IMG/VR virus record: IMGVR_UViG_3300048577_000131
Span: 1 to 44,477 of that record
DNA from: a virus
Taxonomy: Duplodnaviria > Caudoviricetes
Reading direction: 5' to 3' (one strand)
DNA: 44,477 nucleotides
Part shown: positions 42,094 to 44,477 of the stretch, one piece after another
How the letters are laid out: each line of letters begins with the position of its first letter
Position numbering within the stretch: position 1 is the first letter of the stretch
The notes under the pieces: model-generated
What the model saw: only the letters and a program-made list of their open reading frames with translations
The model's database searches: none
Told to the model about the DNA's origin: nothing
Program-made: the position numbers and the translations under genes

Positions 42094-42104
42094 AGATCAG
42101 GTCT

Positions 42105-42197
42105 TGGCGGAGTGAGAGGGATTCGAACCCTCGATAGAGCTTTTGACCCTATACTCCCTTAGCAGGGGAGCCCCTTCGGCCTCTCGGGCATCACTCC
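42105..42197 (-). tRNA. tRNA-Ser(GCT), prophage attachment site
   Basis: GGAGTGA acceptor stem, CT-GCT-AA anticodon loop, long variable arm, GGTTCGAATCC, encoded CCA. Confidence 0.96.
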
Positions 42198-42239
42198 GTT
42201 TTCTCTTTGCCCTGCCGCGTGTTCCGTGGCAGGGCGCGA

Positions 42240-42269
42240 AGAATACCGTTTAACGGGGTGAAAGGTAAA
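42240..42269 (-). promoter_or_regulatory. tRNA promoter
   Basis: TTTACC-N18-TATTCT with GC-rich discriminator. Confidence 0.5.
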
Positions 42270-42272
42270 CCC

Positions 42273-42476
42273 TTATTCGGAAGTTTCTTCACTTCCCTGT
42301 GCAGCGGGCTCGTCGCCGCGCTGGATACGCTGGAAAATTTCCTCACGGTGCACCGCCACGTCCTTGGGCGCGGTGATACCGATACGTACCTGGTTGCCCT
42401 TGACGCCGAGCACGGTCACGCTGACCGAGTCACCAATCATCAGGGTTTCGCCTACACGGCGAGTCAGGATCAACAT
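42273..42476 (-). CDS. csrA: Carbon storage regulator CsrA
   Basis: [16 protein letters not shown]...[21 protein letters not shown]. Confidence 0.98.
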   Translation of the reverse strand: MLILTRRVGETLMIGDSVSVTVLGVKGNQVRIGITAPKDVAVHREEIFQRIQRGDEPAAQGSEETSE

Positions 42477-42615
42477 TGTGCGAGTCTCCATGGAACCGGT
42501 GGGGGTTTCCCACCGGCATTGGCGCGCCAAGAACCTGCGCCCCACGACAAAGGGAAAAGACTCCCAATGTTAATGGCAGGCCGCAGGCACCTTCAAGGCG
42601 CGCGGCTGCCTGCGT

Positions 42616-44477
42616 TCATGCCAAGTGTGGCTTGATCCATTCCAGCACGCCGTCGAGCGCGGCGACCAGCCTGGGACCGTCTTCACCGCCACCCTGTGCC
42701 AGATCAGGACGACCACCGCCCTTGCCCCCGATCTGACCGGCGACATGGGACAACAGTTCCCCGGCCTTGACCCTGCCCATTGCCGAGCCATTGACGCCTG
42801 CGACCAGGGAGGCCTTGCCGTCCTGGGTACCGGCCAACAGGATCACCGCATCGCCCAGCTGCTGCTTGAGCCGGTCCATCGCCTCGCGCAGCGCCTTGGC
42901 GTCGAAACCCTCAAGGCGCGCCGCCAGCACCTTCACGCCGCCGATCTCGACCGCCGAAGCACCGAGGTCGGCAGTCGCGCCCGAGGCCAGCTTGGCCTTG
43001 AGGGCCTCCAGCTCGCGCTCGAGCCGCTTCTGCCGCTCGCCGAGCTGGCGGATCTTCTCCACCACATCGGTCGCCGCCCCGCCCAGCAGGCTGGCAGCCT
43101 CGGCCAGGCGGGCTTCCTCGGCATCCACGTGGTCCAGCGCGCCCTGCCCGGTGACGGCCTCGATGCGGCGCACGCCGGACGAGACGCCGCCCTCGGCGGT
43201 GATCTTGAACAGGCCGATGTCGCCGGTGCGCGACACGTGGGTGCCACCGCACAACTCGGTCGAGTAGTCACCCATCTTCAGCACGCGCACGTTCTCGCCG
43301 TACTTTTCGCCGAACAGTGCCATCGCCCCGAAATCCAGCGCCTCCTGCATGCCCATGTGGTGCACTTCGGCGGCGTTGTTGGCGCGGATCTGCTCGTTGA
43401 CCTTGCGCTCGATGAGCGCCAGTTCCGCGCTGCTGATCGGCTGGAAATGCGAGAAATCGAAGCGCAGGCGGTCCGGCGCCACCAGCGAGCCCTTCTGCTG
43501 CACATGGCTGCCCAGCACTTCGCGCAGCGCGGCATGCAGCAGGTGGGTGGCCGAGTGGTTGAGGATGGTGGCACCGCGACGGGCGCTGTCGATCCCGCCG
43601 GCGAGCATGTCGCCGAGCTTGATCACGCCCTGCTTCACGGTACCGACGTGGCCGTGGAACTGGCCGGCGAACTTCTGCGTATCGGCAACCGCAAGCTCCA
43701 CGCCGCTGCAGGACAGCATGCCGGTATCGCCAATCTGGCCGCCGGATTCAGCATAGAACGGCGTCCTGTCGGTGAACAGGATCACCTCGTCACCCGCCTG
43801 CACCTCCTCCACCGGACGGCCGCCCTTGAGCAGGGCAACCACCTTGAGGCCGTCGGCGTGCTGCTGGTCGTACCCCAGGAAGACGGTGGGCGACAGGGTC
43901 GCGACCAGCTCGGCGGGCAGCGTCACGCCACCGCCGAACTTGCCGGCGGCGCGCGCCATCTCGCGCTGGTGCTCCATGGCGCTGTCGAAGCCGGCCATGT
44001 CCACCGTCATGCCGCGCTCGCGGGCGATGTCGGCGGTCAGGTCGACCGGGAAGCCATAGGTGTCGTACAGGCGGAAGGCATCGGCACCCGGAATGACGCC
44101 ATCGTCGACCTTGGCCGCGACGTCGTCGAAGATCTTCATGCCCGCGTCCAGGGTCTCGGCGAACCGCTCCTCCTCGGCCAGCAGCGCCTTGTGCACCGTG
44201 GTGGCGGCGGCCGGCAGCTCCGGATAGGCCTCACCCATCTGCTCGACCAGGGTCGGCACCAGCTTGTGGAAGAACGGCTGGCGCACGCCCAGCATCCAGC
44301 CATGGCGCAGGGCGCGGCGGATGATCCGGCGCAGCACATAGCCGCGGCCTTCGTTGGACGGCAGCACGCCATCGACGATGAGGAACGAACAGGCGCGGAT
44401 ATGGTCGGCGATCACGCGCAGCGACTTGTTCTCCAGGTCGGCGGTGCCGGTCAGCCCGGCCGCCTGGCGGATCAGCG
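42616..44477 (-). CDS. alaS: Alanine-tRNA ligase (5' part outside window)
   Basis: ADHIRA, NHSATHLLH, ELCGGTH, GVRRIEA, GGKGGGRPDLAQGG. Confidence 0.98.
   Translation of the reverse strand, partial: LIRQAAGLTGTADLENKSLRVIADHIRACSFLIVDGVLPSNEGRGYVLRRIIRRALRHGWMLGVRQPFFHKLVPTLVEQMGEAYPELPAAATTVHKALLAEEERFAETLDAGMKIFDDVAAKVDDGVIPGADAFRLYDTYGFPVDLTADIARERGMTVDMAGFDSAMEHQREMARAAGKFGGGVTLPAELVATLSPTVFLGYDQQHADGLKVVALLKGGRPVEEVQAGDEVILFTDRTPFYAESGGQIGDTGMLSCSGVELAVADTQKFAGQFHGHVGTVKQGVIKLGDMLAGGIDSARRGATILNHSATHLLHAALREVLGSHVQQKGSLVAPDRLRFDFSHFQPISSAELALIERKVNEQIRANNAAEVHHMGMQEALDFGAMALFGEKYGENVRVLKMGDYSTELCGGTHVSRTGDIGLFKITAEGGVSSGVRRIEAVTGQGALDHVDAEEARLAEAASLLGGAATDVVEKIRQLGERQKRLERELEALKAKLASGATADLGASAVEIGGVKVLAARLEGFDAKALREAMDRLKQQLGDAVILLAGTQDGKASLVAGVNGSAMGRVKAGELLSHVAGQIGGKGGGRPDLAQGGGEDGPRLVAALDGVLEWIKPHLA

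Larger units (their letters stand above)
1..42104. mobile_element. Temperate podovirus-like prophage integrated at tRNA-Ser(GCT); continues beyond left edge of window
   Basis: Contiguous terminase/portal/capsid/ejection/lysis/replication/cI-cro/xis modules ending at the tRNA 3' CCA; no tape measure or sheath genes; no integrase in window. Confidence 0.95.

Noticed and set aside
42207-44477. Novelty in the csrA-alaS region
   Set aside because: Ordinary host core genes; alternative ORFs are shadows.

Overview
Positions ~1-42104 are a temperate, short-tailed (podovirus-type) prophage inserted at the 3' end of tRNA-Ser(GCT) (42105-42197, minus strand). Host csrA and the 3' part of alaS follow; the host is probably Xanthomonadaceae, most likely Stenotrophomonas (inference). 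Reading right to left: AlpA-type excisionase and att; an early-left operon on + (Sak4-like ATPase, PD-(D/E)XK nuclease, Lar, many small genes joined by repeated linker sequences); a cI/cro switch with TTAG-N7-CTAA operators; cII-like, replication initiator, DnaB, NinB, Ref-like nuclease and RuvC; terS, terL, portal, scaffold, a Gp49-family gene, capsid and adaptor; a tail nozzle apparently split into three genes; ejection proteins; a P22-like sieA/immI hot-spot (membrane protein, higBA, three Arc-family genes, antirepressor, Rap1a immunity, lipoprotein); endolysin-holin-Rz/Rz1; and three tail-fibre genes. The integrase and second att lie beyond the left edge. The main unexplained signal is that no Q antiterminator is recognisable, while five late-strand module boundaries share CCG-TTG(A/C)NN-N16-(C/T)(A/G)NN(A/T)T, suggesting an activator-driven late regulon with its regulator at the Q position. 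Family calls are from motif recognition by eye, not database searches.
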